From the NCBI GenBank assembly GCA_963822945.1, contig CAWGJO010000020.1, positions 384,001 through 448,000 on the forward strand: a DNA stretch of 64,000 nt. Reading direction: 5' to 3'. Position numbers and translations under genes: made by a program. Origin of the DNA: an uncultured Gemmatimonadaceae bacterium (lineage in GTDB: Bacteria; Gemmatimonadota; Gemmatimonadetes; Gemmatimonadales; Gemmatimonadaceae). Below the pieces are notes generated by a model, which was not told where the DNA came from, did no database searches, and saw nothing but the letters and a program-made list of their open reading frames with translations. This document shows, one piece after another, positions 61,050-64,000 of the stretch (position 1 is its first letter; each line of letters begins with the position of its first letter).

Positions 61050-63089
61050 ATGTCCGCTGACCCATCTCGCTCGGGTGAACCGGCGGCCCCAGTTTCGGCC
61101 AATGGGACGAGCGGATTTCATGCAGCCGTGCCCCGCGAACGGGAGCACGTGGAAACACACCCCACCGGCAAGCGGCTTGCCTTCCTCTCGCTGGCGGCGC
61201 TGGGCGTGGTATACGGCGACATCGGCACCAGTCCGCTCTACGCCATCAAAGAGTGTTTCCGGACGGAATACGGCATCCAGCCGACCCAGCAGAACGTCTA
61301 TGGCGTGCTCTCGCTGATCGTCTGGGCGCTGATCCTCGTGGTGTGCGTGAAGTACCTGGTGTTCATCATGCGCGCCGACAACCGGGGCGAGGGAGGAATT
61401 CTCGCCCTGCTTGCCCTGCTGATGCAGGACGGCAAGTCGCCGGCCGGGACCACGCGCCGGTATGCGCTCGTGGTGCTCGGCATCTTCGGCGCCGCCCTGC
61501 TCTATGGCGACGGAATGATCACCCCCGCCATCTCGGTGCTCGGCGCCATGGAGGGGTTGCAGATCGCCGCCCCGAACCTGCACGAGGCCACGGTGGTCAT
61601 CTCAACCGTGGTGATCCTGTTCGCCCTGTTCTCGCTCCAGAAGCACGGCACTTCCCGGGTGGGCGGCCTGTTCGGCCCCATCATGCTCGTGTGGTTCGTC
61701 ACCATCGGTGCGCTGGGCGCCGCCGAGATCGTACGGGCTCCGGCCATTCTGCTTGCGCTCAACCCCTGGTACGGTGTGCGGTTCTTCCTCTCCTACGGCT
61801 CCGTGGCGTTCTTCCTGCTCGGCGCCGTGGTGCTGGTGGTCACCGGATCCGAGGCCCTGTATGCCGACATGGGCCACTTCGGCAAGCGGCCGATCAGGCT
61901 GGCCTGGTTCGGATTCGTGTTCCCGGCGCTGCTGCTCAACTACTTCGGGCAGGGCGCCATTCTGTTGCGCGAGCCGACGGCCGTGGCGAACCCGTTCTAC
62001 CTGCTGGCGCCCCGGGTCCTGCTCTACCCGTTGCTGCTCATCGCGACTCTGGCAGCGATCGTCGCCTCGCAGGCCCTCATCTCGGGGGCGTTCTCGCTCA
62101 TGCAGCAGAGCGTGCAACTCGGCTACTCGCCGCGCGTGACCATCGTCCACACGTCGAGCCGCGAGGCGGGGCAGATCTTCATCCCCGAAGTCAACGACGT
62201 GCTCCGCATCGGCACCATCCTGCTGGTGCTGAGCTTCGGCTCGGTGGCCAACCTGAGCGCGGCCTACGGCATCGCGGTCACCGGCACCATGGTCATCACC
62301 TCGCTGCTCTTCTATTCCGTGGCGCGGTCGCGCTGGAACTGGTCCATGCTCAAGGCGGGGCTGCTCACTTTGGGCTTCCTGGTGGTGGACGTGGGGCTGA
62401 TGGCGGCCAATCTGGTGAAGATCGAATACGGCGGATGGGTACCGATCGCCATCGCCGTGGCGATCTTCGCGCTCATGAGCACCTGGAAGCGCGGGCGCAT
62501 CATGCTCAACCGCATCCTCCACTCCGGGGCGCTGCCGCTGGACATCTTCCTGGACGACGTCGCGCGCCGCAAACCCACGCGCGTGCCGGGCACGGCCGTC
62601 TTCATGACCTCGTCGCCCAAGGGGGTGCCGGTGGTGCTGCTGCACCACGTCAAGCACAACAAGGTGCTGCACGACCAGGTGGTGTTGATGTCGATCCTCA
62701 CCCTCGAGGTGCCCGAAGTGGACGAGAGCGAGCGTCTCTCGCTCGAGAAGTTCGAGGAAGGGTTCTGGCGGTTGACCGCCCGCTACGGATTCATGGAGAC
62801 GCCCGACGTCCCGGAAGTGCTCAACCGCGCCCGCACGCTGGGGCTGCGGGCGAAGGCGCTCGACACGACGTTCTACCTGGGCCGCGAGCGGATCCTGGTG
62901 CTCGAGAAGGGCGAGAAGCGCACGGGCCGCGGCGCCACGCCAGACGCCGAGGAGGGGCCGGTGCTCGAGATGGCCCGCTGGCGGAAGAAGCTGTTCGTCG
63001 TGATGACGCGCAACGCGCGCTCGGCGACGGAGTTCTTCAACATTCCGCCCAACCGGGTGGTGGAGCTCGGGGCGCAGGTCGAGTTCTAG
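61050..63089 (+). CDS. kup: KUP/HAK/KT potassium uptake protein
   Basis: LGVVYGDIGTSPLY, ADNRGEGGI, GDGMITPAISVL, EALYADMGHFG, YGFMETP, VVELG. Confidence 0.96.
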   Translation: MSADPSRSGEPAAPVSANGTSGFHAAVPREREHVETHPTGKRLAFLSLAALGVVYGDIGTSPLYAIKECFRTEYGIQPTQQNVYGVLSLIVWALILVVCVKYLVFIMRADNRGEGGILALLALLMQDGKSPAGTTRRYALVVLGIFGAALLYGDGMITPAISVLGAMEGLQIAAPNLHEATVVISTVVILFALFSLQKHGTSRVGGLFGPIMLVWFVTIGALGAAEIVRAPAILLALNPWYGVRFFLSYGSVAFFLLGAVVLVVTGSEALYADMGHFGKRPIRLAWFGFVFPALLLNYFGQGAILLREPTAVANPFYLLAPRVLLYPLLLIATLAAIVASQALISGAFSLMQQSVQLGYSPRVTIVHTSSREAGQIFIPEVNDVLRIGTILLVLSFGSVANLSAAYGIAVTGTMVITSLLFYSVARSRWNWSMLKAGLLTLGFLVVDVGLMAANLVKIEYGGWVPIAIAVAIFALMSTWKRGRIMLNRILHSGALPLDIFLDDVARRKPTRVPGTAVFMTSSPKGVPVVLLHHVKHNKVLHDQVVLMSILTLEVPEVDESERLSLEKFEEGFWRLTARYGFMETPDVPEVLNRARTLGLRAKALDTTFYLGRERILVLEKGEKRTGRGATPDAEEGPVLEMARWRKKLFVVMTRNARSATEFFNIPPNRVVELGAQVEF

Positions 63090-63093
63090 CAGG

Positions 63094-63120
63094 GCGGCGC
63101 CGCTTCGCGGCGCTGTTTCC
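63094..63120 (+). terminator. Probable terminator after kup
   Basis: GCGGCGCCGC-TTC-GCGGCGCTGT followed by TTCC. Confidence 0.5.
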
Positions 63121-63259
63121 CGTTGAACGTTTCACCGAGGCCTTCAACGGCGCCCTCCCTCCGCCCCCTTCCCTTCCGGCGGTCCGCGAGGCAAATCAGT
63201 GGCGCGTCAGTCCCGCCCCCACCCCCCTCCTCGCTCCCCGCTCCTTCGGAGACTCACCC

Positions 63260-64000
63260 ATGTCGGCCCCCGTCCGTTCCCTCCGCCCCCGGTTCGTCCG
63301 GGCCTGCGCCGCGCTCGTCCTCCTCGGCGTTTCCGCCGTGGGCGCGACGGCGCAACAGACGCACACCAACACGGCCAATTGGACACTGGCCAACAAGTTC
63401 ACCCCCGAAGCGCTGCGCCCCATCCTCTACAGTTCGGCGGTGGATCCGCACTGGATCGGGAAGACCGATTCCATGTGGTACAACTGGAAGGACCACAACG
63501 GGTCGGCGTTCTACCTCGTGGTGCCGTCGCTCAAGGTGAAGCGGGCGCTGTTCGACCAGGTGAAGATGGCCGCCGCGCTGACCGCAGCGTCGGGACACGC
63601 CTACGAGTCGTACAACCTCCCCTTCACCTCGGTGGACTTCGGCAAGGACCACAAGACCTTCGAGTTCAACGCCGACAGTTCGCGCTGGGAGTGGACGCTG
63701 GCCACCGGGAAGCTGCGCCGCGTGGGGCCGGCCACGCATGAGGAGCCGGCCCCGAGCGGCCGCGGCGGACGCGGGTTCGGGCGCGGCGGCGGCAACTTCC
63801 GCAACTACTCGCCCGACAGCACACACTTCGTGTTCGCCCGCGACTACAACCTGTTCATCGTCGACACGGTGACCAAGGACACAACGCAGATCTCCACCGA
63901 CGGTGAGCGGAAGCGGAGCTTCGGCAAGATCGATACGGCGATGGTGCTGCTGAACCAGCGCGGTCGCTCGGGCGGCGGCGGAGGCGGGCGGGGGCGCGGA
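63260..64000 (+). CDS. Secreted DPP IV N-terminal (S9 peptidase-like) protein, 3'-truncated; not in ORF track
   Basis: Open frame from ATG 63260 to window end: signal peptide ending ATA-Q, VDPHWIG..MWY, ALFDQVKMAAAL, YSPDSTHFVFARDYNLF, TQISTDG. Confidence 0.75.
   Translation, partial: MSAPVRSLRPRFVRACAALVLLGVSAVGATAQQTHTNTANWTLANKFTPEALRPILYSSAVDPHWIGKTDSMWYNWKDHNGSAFYLVVPSLKVKRALFDQVKMAAALTAASGHAYESYNLPFTSVDFGKDHKTFEFNADSSRWEWTLATGKLRRVGPATHEEPAPSGRGGRGFGRGGGNFRNYSPDSTHFVFARDYNLFIVDTVTKDTTQISTDGERKRSFGKIDTAMVLLNQRGRSGGGGGGRGRG

Noticed and set aside
63094..63160. SAH riboswitch suggested by TCAACGGCGCCC
   Set aside because: Lacks the GAGGAGCG and CAGGCTC elements, and the downstream gene is a peptidase; better explained as a terminator plus an inverted repeat

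Overview
GC-rich (visually about 70%), densely coding bacterial chromosomal segment. Gene content and protein style suggest Gemmatimonadota (inference, not verified). About 59 protein-coding genes. These include citrate synthase, a metH plus homocysteine-methyltransferase/MTHFR operon behind a SAM-II-like riboswitch, scattered beta-oxidation genes, two PAS hybrid kinases, about seven peptidases, a four-gene type IV minor-pilin cluster, an ECF sigma/anti-sigma/TolC/MacA/MacB operon lacking an ATPase, a PadR regulator with four GATATATC-type operators, and kup. I saw no tRNA, rRNA, CRISPR array, transposase or integrase. Six genes carry frameshifts (metH has at least six) that look like long-read assembly errors. 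The most notable observations are: (1) the SAM-II-like aptamer followed by a terminator-like hairpin rather than an RBS; (2) a recurring intergenic architecture of degenerate 7-bp or 9-bp periodic tandem repeats arranged as inverted arms, sometimes enclosing a terminator; (3) RGG-rich inserts in several probably exported proteins, including a Cys-bracketed insert in the MacA-like adaptor; (4) several small or orphan proteins, one missed by the ORF track.
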